64,000 nt of DNA, taken from assembly GCA_023255625.1 (NCBI GenBank), contig JAHFLF010000003.1:2105-66104 (forward strand), in the 5' to 3' direction. Every line of letters begins with the position of its first letter. The first letter of the stretch is position 1. Source of the stretch: Candidatus Harrisonbacteria bacterium. GTDB lineage: Bacteria > Patescibacteriota > Minisyncoccia > UBA6257 > 1-14-0-10-44-23. The notes under the pieces were generated by a model, which was not told the DNA's origin, searched no databases, and worked only from the letters and a program-made list of their open reading frames with translations. Of the stretch, positions 8,450 to 16,888 are shown in pieces. A program made the translations under genes and the position numbers.

Positions 8450-9247
8450 TTAATAGCCAATCTTCTTGAGCCAAGCGGAATGCTCCCATTCCCAAAGTGC
8501 TTTAGCGCCTAAAAAGGCCTTAAAGTCATCTTTCCAGTCGTGCAATTCTTTCAGTTCGACGACGCCGGTCGGCGCGCTCCATTCGTGCATCCCAACTGTA
8601 CACGGACTCGTTCCGTTGCTACGGCCGCCGTTATTCTGCCAACCGGACTTTATTTTTTCCCGCCCACCTTTGTCGCGCATAGTCGCACCGCAGCGAACGC
8701 AACTTTGAAATTGATCAATCCGTAAAATCCAACGAGTTTCTAAATTAGAAAATTCACGGGTCAGTGCATCCATATAAGCTGAAGTTTGAATACCATAGTC
8801 CCGATAAATTGACTCTGAAGTTTTGATGTCTAACACGCCGAACCTGCCGTCGATCTCGGCCATCACATCAATCGTGCCGGCATAACGATGCTCCGGATTC
8901 ATAATCCGCCGCTCAACATGCTCCGGATTAACTTTCAATTTTATTCCGCTGGTTTTTAAAAATTCCAAAAATCCTCGTACAGAGGGGAGTATGGAAACCG
9001 GAATATCGCCCGGGCGTTGGCCAATCAAAATTTTTTCAATGGCCTCGTGCACCGCCGTACCCATTTCCGCCGATTTAGCACTAATCTCCTTGGCGCGTGC
9101 AAAACCAACATCCGCATAAAACTTTAATAAAGCCGGCTTGGCCTTCATATCGGTTATCCTGGTTACGCGGGGATACCAGACGCCGTCAATATCGTAGCCG
9201 CACTGGGTTTTGAAATCTTGTTCGTCGGTAAATTCGGTGAAAGCCAT
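8450..9247 (-). CDS. PD-(D/E)xK nuclease, Cas4/RecB-like, with a C-terminal Cys cluster
   Basis: GTIDVMAEIDGRFGVLDIKTSE...QTSAYMDAL (D..D.K..Q..Y core). C-terminal C-x2-C ... C (QSCVRCGAT...SPCTV). Confidence 0.5.
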   Translation of the reverse strand: MAFTEFTDEQDFKTQCGYDIDGVWYPRVTRITDMKAKPALLKFYADVGFARAKEISAKSAEMGTAVHEAIEKILIGQRPGDIPVSILPSVRGFLEFLKTSGIKLKVNPEHVERRIMNPEHRYAGTIDVMAEIDGRFGVLDIKTSESIYRDYGIQTSAYMDALTREFSNLETRWILRIDQFQSCVRCGATMRDKGGREKIKSGWQNNGGRSNGTSPCTVGMHEWSAPTGVVELKELHDWKDDFKAFLGAKALWEWEHSAWLKKIGY

Positions 9248-9322
9248 GTATGCTTATTTTACATGAGTTGACGCCGATATTCTAGGAGAGTAAAGTCTTA
9301 TACAAGGAGGGCAATACCGCCC

Positions 9323-9718
9323 ATGACCACCACCGAAGTCGCAACAGTCACCGCTCCAGCCCTTTTGCGGAGGGGCGAAGTGCTAGTGTTCGTCGAAGAC
9401 CTGAAGTGGGCAAGACGACACTTCACTTACGAGGTACCCGGCGTGCCAGGCAAGTTCTGTCCGCATGCCCGAGATGCCTCAATCGACCCGGAGAAACCCG
9501 GCAAGGTTCTGGCAAGAGTCTCCGTCGTCGTCGTCACGATCTTCTATGTCGTAGAAGAGAAGCTGGCCGCGGCTACGCAAGATCGGGCGATTCGAGGATT
9601 TCACCGAAATGCCAGGTATGTGTCGTGTCTGACATGTCCGCACTGTGGCCGCGACGGGATGCCGGCGGCCCCGATGCCGACGATAGGCGATAGGCAGGTC
9701 GCACCCTGGGGCTCTTAA
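9323..9718 (+). CDS. hypothetical protein in a GC-rich island (good SD AAGGAGGG)
   Basis: 131-aa ORF preceded by aaggagggcaataccgcccATG. C..H...C..C residues present. No family recognised. Confidence 0.3.
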   Translation: MTTTEVATVTAPALLRRGEVLVFVEDLKWARRHFTYEVPGVPGKFCPHARDASIDPEKPGKVLARVSVVVVTIFYVVEEKLAAATQDRAIRGFHRNARYVSCLTCPHCGRDGMPAAPMPTIGDRQVAPWGS

Positions 9719-10175
9719 GAACCAGGTCACGACAAAGCACGAGGGGGCCCGTCTGGATTCGTTCCGGGGCCTTCGTACGTTTCGAAGCATTTGATTTTTT
9801 AATACAGCTATAGAGCACTCTTTATCTAATTAACTGGCCAACAATTAACTCACTGACCAGCCGGGGAGCACGCCGCGGCTGCTGGCCGACAGCTTTTTCA
9901 ATACTATATGTTTCGCACAATATATCTTTTAAGAAAGATATATAAAGTTTCTATTTTAGCCATTTCCAATCATGCCTGTTTCCACCCTTATATTTTTCCA
10001 TTAAACCCTTAATTTCTCGTAGTCGTATAAGATCTTGATCATCAAATTTTTTCCTCTTGTTACGAACAAATATATCCACTGCTTCTTTCCATAATCCAAA
10101 ATCAAAACGCTTTTTAGCATGTAATTTATATGATTCGAAAAACGGAACTACTATATTCTTTAGATGAGCGAAAAA

Positions 10176-10526
10176 CTACAACTGGCGCTTTATCAAATCA
10201 AAGAAAAATCCAACTGTCGAAAGAAACAAATGCCCGATCGCTTTTAAAATTCCAAATAAATCGATTCCGGCTTTATCCTTGAGCCAGTTGTTAATCCGGA
10301 CAAAAACATTTTCCGCACCGCGAACAATGCCAGATACATCTGTGGTTGATGAGGCGCCTAATTGCCCCTGAATCAAATTATTGATTGCATCGTTAACTTT
10401 TTGGGTCGTGGTTGCGGCAAATGGCGCCTGCAAATTATCGCTGCCATATCGAATGGCGGCTTGAGTAGAACCAAACAAAAAATACCAACCGATGAGCAGA
10501 AACAGGAAAATTTTCGTATATTTCAT
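10176..10526 (-). CDS. small secreted/membrane protein (signal peptide plus a C-terminal hydrophobic segment; pilin- or VirB2-like topology)
   Basis: MKYTKIFLFLLIGWYFLFGSTQAA signal peptide; C-terminal GIDLFGILKAIGHLFLSTVGFFF. Confidence 0.35.
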   Translation of the reverse strand: MKYTKIFLFLLIGWYFLFGSTQAAIRYGSDNLQAPFAATTTQKVNDAINNLIQGQLGASSTTDVSGIVRGAENVFVRINNWLKDKAGIDLFGILKAIGHLFLSTVGFFFDLIKRQL

Positions 10527-10566
10527 AATTTTATTGTAACTCTTCTGCCGATGAGTTACTACACCT

Positions 10567-11817
10567 CTACAGATAATCCAGCGGATTCAATGTCAGACCG
10601 ATTGGCACCAAGCCCGCGCCAGCGATTGCGGTTAATTTGACCGTTGAACCAAGATAAACCCCAAAGTGAAGGTGTGCGCCAAAAGCATAGCCCGTTTTCC
10701 CGGAATAGCCAATAATGTCTCCCCGCTTGACTAAATCACCCGTTTTCACTTGCTGGCGGGAAAGGTGGCCGTACAAAGTAGCTAAACCGTTATCATGTTT
10801 CAGTACAATGTAACGACCGTATTGCAGTTTACCGTTATTTCCGGCTGCAAAAACAGTTCCATCATCTGCTGCTAATACTGGCGTCCCGATCGGAATACCA
10901 AAATCAATACCGTTATGAAAACAGGTTTTTTTATACAATCGACAAGCATCCGGAGTTTTTCCGTAACCTTGAGTCATTGTTCCGCTGGCAATCGGTTTAC
11001 TAAAAACTCCGGGCCGTTTGAGTGGCAGATTACTCGTTCCGTATTTATCTCGCAACTGCTGCTCAATGTCTGCGATGTCATCGCTAATTTGCTGCTGTTG
11101 TTTTTGCAGCTCGTCAACAATCTTCTGATAATTTGCCTCACTCTTTTTTGTATCTGCGAGCAACTTTTGCTTATCAGCAAGCTGATCCTCGGCAATCGCT
11201 TTTCGTGCCTTCAGAGTCTCTGCCTCTCTTTGTGCGGACTGCTTTTTATCTGATTGCTGATTAAGCTGGCCGGAAAGTTGGCTCTTGAGCTGCCTAAGCT
11301 GGTTAACTTGTTCAAGCAGGCCGACATTAAAATCTTGGATAGACTGTGTTTCCGCTAAAACCTCGGATAGCGTTTTATCACTCAAAAACAAAAATAACAA
11401 ACCCTCATCGCTTCGGTCCTGATATTCCCGGAGCAATGTTGCAACGGCTCCCTGTTTGAGTAAAATAGATTGTTCACTTTGCGTAATCTGTCCACTAATC
11501 GATTCGATTTCCAGTCCCAATTTATCAACCGTCAGCTGACTAACTTGAATACCGAGATTTACCTTCTTGACATTATCATCAATGCGACTCACCTCTTGTT
11601 TGAGAGTTTTGCCCTGCGCCGCAACATCTAATAACTGAATCTGGGTACTTTGCAGCTGTTTGGCAACCTCGTCAAGTTGTTTGGCTTTCTGATCGATAGC
11701 AAACTGCAGATCTTCCTGGGTTGCAGATAGTGCCGACAGCGGAATAGCAAAAATAAAAACTGCCAGGCATGCTGCGAATGCTCTGTTTAGATAGTGTAAA
11801 AAATAATTTCTGGACAT
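10567..11817 (-). CDS. M23-family metallopeptidase with an N-terminal coiled coil (EnvC/LytM-like murein hydrolase or activator)
   Basis: Signal peptide, a long Q/E/K-rich coiled coil, and a C-terminal HNGIDFG...YGHLS...GAHLHFGV M23 motif set. Confidence 0.7.
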   Translation of the reverse strand: MSRNYFLHYLNRAFAACLAVFIFAIPLSALSATQEDLQFAIDQKAKQLDEVAKQLQSTQIQLLDVAAQGKTLKQEVSRIDDNVKKVNLGIQVSQLTVDKLGLEIESISGQITQSEQSILLKQGAVATLLREYQDRSDEGLLFLFLSDKTLSEVLAETQSIQDFNVGLLEQVNQLRQLKSQLSGQLNQQSDKKQSAQREAETLKARKAIAEDQLADKQKLLADTKKSEANYQKIVDELQKQQQQISDDIADIEQQLRDKYGTSNLPLKRPGVFSKPIASGTMTQGYGKTPDACRLYKKTCFHNGIDFGIPIGTPVLAADDGTVFAAGNNGKLQYGRYIVLKHDNGLATLYGHLSRQQVKTGDLVKRGDIIGYSGKTGYAFGAHLHFGVYLGSTVKLTAIAGAGLVPIGLTLNPLDYL

Positions 11818-11832
11818 GTTCTATACTTTTTC

Positions 11833-13365
11833 CTAAGCGACCGCAAGTTTTTGTAGCGCAATTTTGAGACGGCGAAGCGACTCATGTTTACCAAGTGCAA
11901 CAAGAATTTCAACCGGCGGTGGCGAATTCTCCTTGCCGGAAACAGCGACTCGAAGTGGCCACAGCACATCTCCCTTACCAAATTGTTCAGCAACTTTCAT
12001 AATCTTTGGCTCTAGAGATTCCTTCGTAAAAATCTGATCTGGTAATTCCTGCAGTAAATCAAAACAATACTGTAAATTAGTTTTGGCTGCGGCCGCATTA
12101 GATTTTTTCCAGACAAGCACGCTAGCAGCATATTCCGGTAACTCAAAGAAAAACCCGGACAGTTCTTGAAAATCTGCAAGTGTTACCATCCTTTCCTGCA
12201 CTAACGGAATAGCGAGAGCCAAGGATTCTTTGCTCCAACTAGGATCGCAAAATCCCCCCTCAACTAAGCAACTGACTAACCGACTAACTGATAACTGTTT
12301 GATGTAATGCGCATTAAAAAAATCCAGTTTTTGTTTATCAAATTTTGCTCCGCCTTTTTGCACACGGTCAAGCGAGAACAATTCTACCATTTCTTCAAAA
12401 GACAATATCTCTCGGCTACCAACCGGCCGGACCTCGCCCCGTACCGTGCTTTGCTCTGGTGCGGGGTGCCAGCCGATCAGCACCAAAAAGTTGATCAGCG
12501 CCTCGGGCAGGTAGCCGGCCTCGCGGTACTCGCGCACAGTTGTTCCCCCATCGCGCTTACTCATCTTCCCCTTCCCAGTGGCGCTTAAAATCAGTGGTAG
12601 GTGGGCGTACTGCGGCGAGCCAAAGCCAAGCGCCTGCGCAAGCGCAATCTGTTTGGGAGTGTTTGCCAGATGTTCCTCGCCGCGGATAACATGAGAAATC
12701 TGCATCTCGTGATCATCAATAACCACGGCAAAATTATACAGCGGCTCACTCATTGACTTTGCAATGACAATGTCGCCGCTAAGCGCATTATCAAATTCCA
12801 CCTCTCCGCGAATCAAGTCGGTCATCCCTATCTTTTCAGGAACAACCTTGAAGCGGATAACGCTCTCTTTACCCTCCGCCAGACTCTTCGCTATGTCTAG
12901 TTCCGTATATGAACGACATTTGCCGCTGTACTTCGGCACTTGGCCAGCTGACTCCTGACTCTGGCGTCTTGCTTCAAGCTCCTCTTTTGTACAAAAACAA
13001 TAGTACGCTTTGTGTTCACTAAGCAGTTGCTGCAAGTACTTTGCATACAGTTCTAGCCGGGCTTTTTGCCGGTACGGCCCGAATTCACCTTTTTCGGAAC
13101 CATCGGGTTTACCCGCCGTGGCGGGCATAACTCCTTCATCAAACACAATGCCCGCCCAATGAAAACTATTCAGGATGTCCTGCTCAAATTCTTTGGTTGA
13201 TCGCGCGTCATCGGTATCCTCAATTCGCAAAACAGCAGTTCCACCATGCTGCTTTGCGAATAAAATATTATAGAGTGCCGTGCGCACGCCGCCAATATGC
13301 AAACTGCCCGTTGGCGACGGGGCCATGCGAACACGAATTTTTTTATCTTTTTTAGATATCATCAT
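11833..13365 (-). CDS. gltX: glutamyl-tRNA synthetase
   Basis: RVRMAPSPTGSLHIGGVRTALYN (HIGH) and KMSKRDGG (KMSKS). Start placed at the MMISKK ATG pair (13360-13365); the tracked upstream start is a TTG. It carries an in-frame QLSVSRLVSCLVEG segment encoded by the TTAGTTAG repeat (12255-12300). Confidence 0.85.
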   Translation of the reverse strand: MMISKKDKKIRVRMAPSPTGSLHIGGVRTALYNILFAKQHGGTAVLRIEDTDDARSTKEFEQDILNSFHWAGIVFDEGVMPATAGKPDGSEKGEFGPYRQKARLELYAKYLQQLLSEHKAYYCFCTKEELEARRQSQESAGQVPKYSGKCRSYTELDIAKSLAEGKESVIRFKVVPEKIGMTDLIRGEVEFDNALSGDIVIAKSMSEPLYNFAVVIDDHEMQISHVIRGEEHLANTPKQIALAQALGFGSPQYAHLPLILSATGKGKMSKRDGGTTVREYREAGYLPEALINFLVLIGWHPAPEQSTVRGEVRPVGSREILSFEEMVELFSLDRVQKGGAKFDKQKLDFFNAHYIKQLSVSRLVSCLVEGGFCDPSWSKESLALAIPLVQERMVTLADFQELSGFFFELPEYAASVLVWKKSNAAAAKTNLQYCFDLLQELPDQIFTKESLEPKIMKVAEQFGKGDVLWPLRVAVSGKENSPPPVEILVALGKHESLRRLKIALQKLAVA

Positions 13366-13454
13366 GTCTTTGTTTGTCATTGCGAGGTACTCCGCGGCAA
13401 TCCATCTTTTATCTTTTTCCTGGATTGCTTCGCGTACTCGCAATGACAGACTAA

Positions 13455-14597
13455 CTAGGTCATCGCCCCGGCCACAGTTAAAATATCTTTGGCTATCTGA
13501 TCCGACGCCTCCGGCTTGTAAAACTGTTTTGCCTGTTGAACCATGCTGGAACGCAAATCATCGTTATCGATGATCTTCTGCAGCTGATTAAAAACTAAAC
13601 CGGGTAATAGATTCGGTTCTTCGATAATGATACCGGCACCGCAGAGTGCATACGCGTAAGCATTTTCAAACTGATGGTTATTCGCCGAACTGGCGATTGG
13701 GACAAGCAGCGCCGGCTTGCCATTAGCCGCTATTTCAAAAATCGAACTGCCGGCGCGCGAAATCACTATGTCTGCCGCACCAAATGCCGCGGCCATCTGC
13801 TCGTCAGAAAGAAAAGCGAATGGCCGATATCGCGCTATTAATTCCGGTTTGATAAATTTTGTGACAAAAGCGAATTCTTTTACATGCTGATCAAAATTTT
13901 CCCGCCCAATTTGGTGAACTACCTCAAATTGAGTTAGCAAAGTTTCGGTATTGGCGAGCACAAAATCATTCAAAATTTGCGCCCCCTGCGATCCGCCGAC
14001 GATAAAAAGAACGGGGCGATCATCGGCAAGTCCCAAAATTCGCCTACACTCCGCCGCACTCTGCTGGTTAATAACCTGTGGCCGCACCGGAAGGCCGACC
14101 ACATTCACTTGTTCATTCTTCGGAAAATATTGTTTTGCGTGCTGAAAAGCCAATTCAACAATCGCCGCATGTTTTGCAGAAATTTTGTTGGTCAGACCCG
14201 GTATCGCGTCAGATTCATGAATGACGAGTGGAATCCGATACCAGCGAGCAGCATAAATAATCGGCAACACGCCCGGCCCGGATTTAGAAAACACCACCTC
14301 CGGCATAAAAAAGTACAATTTAAAAAGCGCTTGAATGAAACCCCAGAAAAACTTGAAAAAATCTAGAATATTCAGTGCCGAAACATACCTTCTTAGCTTG
14401 CTGCTGACTACTCGCGATACTCGTATACTATTTTCCGCCAGAATACTGTCGTAACTGCCCGGATCGCCGAAATAACGGATATCTAATTCAAACTGCTTTT
14501 CCGATCCCAATTCCTTTAATTTTTGCGCAACGGAAATAAGCGGAAAAATGTGTCCGCCTGTTCCCCCGCCAATAAGTAAGATATGAGTTTTAGTCAT
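13455..14597 (-). CDS. murG: UDP-N-acetylglucosamine--N-acetylmuramyl-(pentapeptide) pyrophosphoryl-undecaprenol N-acetylglucosamine transferase
   Basis: MTKTHILLIGGGTGGHIFPLISVAQ... MurG N-terminal G-rich motif; GT28 fold overall. Confidence 0.85.
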   Translation of the reverse strand: MTKTHILLIGGGTGGHIFPLISVAQKLKELGSEKQFELDIRYFGDPGSYDSILAENSIRVSRVVSSKLRRYVSALNILDFFKFFWGFIQALFKLYFFMPEVVFSKSGPGVLPIIYAARWYRIPLVIHESDAIPGLTNKISAKHAAIVELAFQHAKQYFPKNEQVNVVGLPVRPQVINQQSAAECRRILGLADDRPVLFIVGGSQGAQILNDFVLANTETLLTQFEVVHQIGRENFDQHVKEFAFVTKFIKPELIARYRPFAFLSDEQMAAAFGAADIVISRAGSSIFEIAANGKPALLVPIASSANNHQFENAYAYALCGAGIIIEEPNLLPGLVFNQLQKIIDNDDLRSSMVQQAKQFYKPEASDQIAKDILTVAGAMT

Positions 14598-14650
14598 GAA
14601 AATTAACCATAAGCTCTATATATTCTACCTCAAGCCAACCAATTCATGAA

Positions 14651-14679
14651 TTGACAATATTGCCAAAAGCTGCTTTAAT
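14651..14679 (+). promoter_or_regulatory. sigma-70-like promoter (TTGACA - 17 nt - TTTAAT) upstream of the receiver-domain gene
   Basis: ttgacaatattgccaaaagctgctttaat, read directly. Confidence 0.4.
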
Positions 14680-14738
14680 ATAAATGATGGGCATGCCGCC
14701 CATCCCCTAGTTCTTGGGTTCTTCAAGGAAAGGAAAGG

Positions 14739-15113
14739 GTGATGAAAAAGCAGAAGTCAATCGAGGTCCTGGTGATCGAGGCGGACGACGACGCCCGAGA
14801 AGAGATGAAGAAGTTTCTCGAGGGGGTCGGCGGGTTCAATGTGCTCGCAATCAGTCGACTCTACGCCGCACAAACGCTGATCGAGGAAGCCCGTCCACCT
14901 TTCGATGTCGTCGTGATCGGCGATGTGGCACACAACATCGCGTGGGTCAGGCGAGTCAGAGCAGCGCACCCCACCCTGCAGATGAGCGGCAGGTCCAAGG
15001 ATGCAAGAGTCGCGCTCCAGCTACACGGAGCTGGCTGCAACGGCGCGAGTTCGGGACCAATCTCGCCCGACTACGCCAACATCCTTCGCCGCATGGCTAG
15101 CGGCGAGACATAG
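14739..15113 (+). CDS. stand-alone response-regulator receiver (CheY-like) domain protein, GC-rich
   Basis: IEVLVIEADDDAREEMKKFLEGVGGFNVLAISRLYAAQTLIEEARPPFDVVVIGD is consistent with a receiver fold. SD aggaaaggaaagggtgATG. The GC content is high relative to its neighbours. Confidence 0.5.
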   Translation: MMKKQKSIEVLVIEADDDAREEMKKFLEGVGGFNVLAISRLYAAQTLIEEARPPFDVVVIGDVAHNIAWVRRVRAAHPTLQMSGRSKDARVALQLHGAGCNGASSGPISPDYANILRRMASGET

Positions 15114-15129
15114 ATAGGGCCCGAAGCAA

Positions 15130-15171
15130 GGCCCGATGCGACCCGAGTCGCATCGGGCCGCATCATTTTTT
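15130..15171 (+). terminator. Rho-independent terminator after the receiver gene
   Basis: cccgatgcgacccgagtcgcatcggg hairpin followed by TTTTTTG. Confidence 0.6.
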
Positions 15172-15198
15172 GCCATATGCGAATGCGAGCGCGAAAAA

Positions 15199-15621
15199 CT
15201 ACTCGATTTTAGCTCCACACACTGTAGCCGAGTCGCCCGTAGAAAGAGCCCGATACGATTGATAGCAACCATACAGAATGGTGTCAGTTAAAAAAGTGAG
15301 TACTAACAAAGCGGCTAAATAGACTAATATCTTATGCCACGGCTTTTTTATTGAACGCCCGGAAAACTGATTCACAAAATAGAATGCGACCAGTAGAGCC
15401 GGAATGGTCAGGATAAAAATAGGATTCGAAAAAATGCTAATTAAAACGCCAAATAAACCGACAAAACCAATGGGAACGAATAAACCGACAAAATAAGTCA
15501 AGGTGCTCCCAAATGGGGAAACGAAACCAAGGAGAATATAAAACGCGGTCAGTAAAATCCACCAAAACCAAATTGTCTGCCAACCCTTTTGCCCCGCGCT
15601 CAAACTAAAAGTATTTTGCAT
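15199..15621 (-). CDS. hypothetical polytopic membrane protein
   Basis: 140 aa, 4-5 hydrophobic helices. No family recognised. Confidence 0.4.
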   Translation of the reverse strand: MQNTFSLSAGQKGWQTIWFWWILLTAFYILLGFVSPFGSTLTYFVGLFVPIGFVGLFGVLISIFSNPIFILTIPALLVAFYFVNQFSGRSIKKPWHKILVYLAALLVLTFLTDTILYGCYQSYRALSTGDSATVCGAKIE

Positions 15622-15644
15622 ATTAAATTAATTATAGCACTATT

Positions 15645-15750
15645 GCAGCGCACTTCGCGATAAGGCGGCACTCTCGCAGGCCCGAAGAGGGCCGAGGGCA
15701 GTCGCTGCGCCAGCAGGCGCAGATAGACGGTGCCGATCTATCGCGAAGTG
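15645..15750. repeat. GC-rich compound hairpin (12-bp inverted repeat CACTTCGCGATA/TATCGCGAAGTG enclosing CTCGCAGGCCCGAAGAGGGCCGAG); core repeated at 5672-5720
   Basis: A 34-nt identical core (CTCGGCCCTCTTCGGGCCTGCGAGAGTGCCGCCT) is shared with 5672-5720 in the opposite orientation. Both copies follow gene ends (ychF, ftsW). Confidence 0.55.
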
Positions 15751-15762
15751 GGCAAAAATAAA

Positions 15763-16875
15763 TCATTTATTTGTGTATTTTGAAACATTTACCACGATCC
15801 CCATCATCGTCATAAACACCGCCAAACTTGTGCCACCGTAACTAATAAACGGCAGGGGTGTACCGGTCAGCGGCAGCAGTCCGGTCATTGCTCCAACATT
15901 CACAAAAACCTGTATTGTGATAATTGAGCCAAAGCCAATCAGAAGTAATCGCCCAAAAGGATCCGGGGTATGGCGGGCAAGCATTAATATGCGTAAAACG
16001 AGAAAAAGAAAAAGGCCAAGCAGGATGACCGAGCCAACAAAACCAAATTCCTCCCCCGCTACAGCAAAAATAGAATCTCCGATCGGTTCCGGTAAACGAT
16101 ATTTAACGGTTGATTGGCCATATCCCACTCCGAAAATACCGCCTGCACCAATTGCAGTTTTGGCCTGTAGCAGATGATAGCCGCTCCCCTGCGCATCAGC
16201 TTCCGGGTTTAAAAATGACAATACGCGCTGCGCACGATAAGGCGTAACCGCAACGATAAGCGCAAGAGAAAAAAGGCCGGCCGCAATAATCGCGCCAAGA
16301 TAGCGCAACTTCGCGCCGCTGACAAAATACATAATTAGGGCAACCAAAATCAGCATTGCAACCGGGCTGGTGCTGTGCTGTAAAATCAAGATTCCGGAAA
16401 CAACTGTCAGGACAACTGCAAATGGTAAAAATCCCTGCCGCAGTGATTGCTGGGCATGATCTTTAAATGAGAGCCAGCTGGCCAGATAAATCAGCAATGT
16501 GATTTTCAATAATTCCGCCGGCTGAAAGGAAAATGGCCCAAGCGCCAGCCAGCGGGTTGCTCCTTTTGCCGTGAGCCCAAGCGGAGTAAATACCAGTAGC
16601 AAACCAATAATGCTCAAAACCAGCAGCCAAACGCTCAAAGAGCGTTTCACATAAGTACCATAGAAAAGTTTAGATGCACACCAAAAACCGATTAAACCCA
16701 GAGAAAGTCCGTAATAAATTTGGTGTTTCAAATAGTAATAGCTATCACCATATTGAGTGGCGGCTAGATTAGAAGAACTGCTGGCCAGAATTACGAAACC
16801 AAAAAGAATTAGTAATCCAAGGCAAAAAATTACAACAATATCTGGCGCGTGCTGCTTACGAGAAATAGCAAACAT
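15763..16875 (-). CDS. ftsW: SEDS-family peptidoglycan glycosyltransferase FtsW/RodA
   Basis: Ten TM segments. The C-terminal motif LPLTGTPLPFISYGGTSL is typical of SEDS proteins. It sits next to murG. Confidence 0.8.
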   Translation of the reverse strand: MFAISRKQHAPDIVVIFCLGLLILFGFVILASSSSNLAATQYGDSYYYLKHQIYYGLSLGLIGFWCASKLFYGTYVKRSLSVWLLVLSIIGLLLVFTPLGLTAKGATRWLALGPFSFQPAELLKITLLIYLASWLSFKDHAQQSLRQGFLPFAVVLTVVSGILILQHSTSPVAMLILVALIMYFVSGAKLRYLGAIIAAGLFSLALIVAVTPYRAQRVLSFLNPEADAQGSGYHLLQAKTAIGAGGIFGVGYGQSTVKYRLPEPIGDSIFAVAGEEFGFVGSVILLGLFLFLVLRILMLARHTPDPFGRLLLIGFGSIITIQVFVNVGAMTGLLPLTGTPLPFISYGGTSLAVFMTMMGIVVNVSKYTNK

Positions 16876-16888
16876 AATTCACGCAGGA

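Noticed and set aside
9850-9895. 16S rRNA fragment (gccgcggctgctggc resembles the universal 515 region)
   Set aside because: It is only a ~15-nt coincidence inside a GC-rich hairpin-like spacer. No flanking 16S conservation.
9955-10175. About 75-codon open frame on the minus strand (…FVRNKRKKFDDQDLIRLREIKGLMEKYKGGNRHDWKWLK*)
   Set aside because: It has no ATG/GTG/TTG start in frame and no SD sequence. It may be a gene remnant, but it cannot be supported as a CDS.
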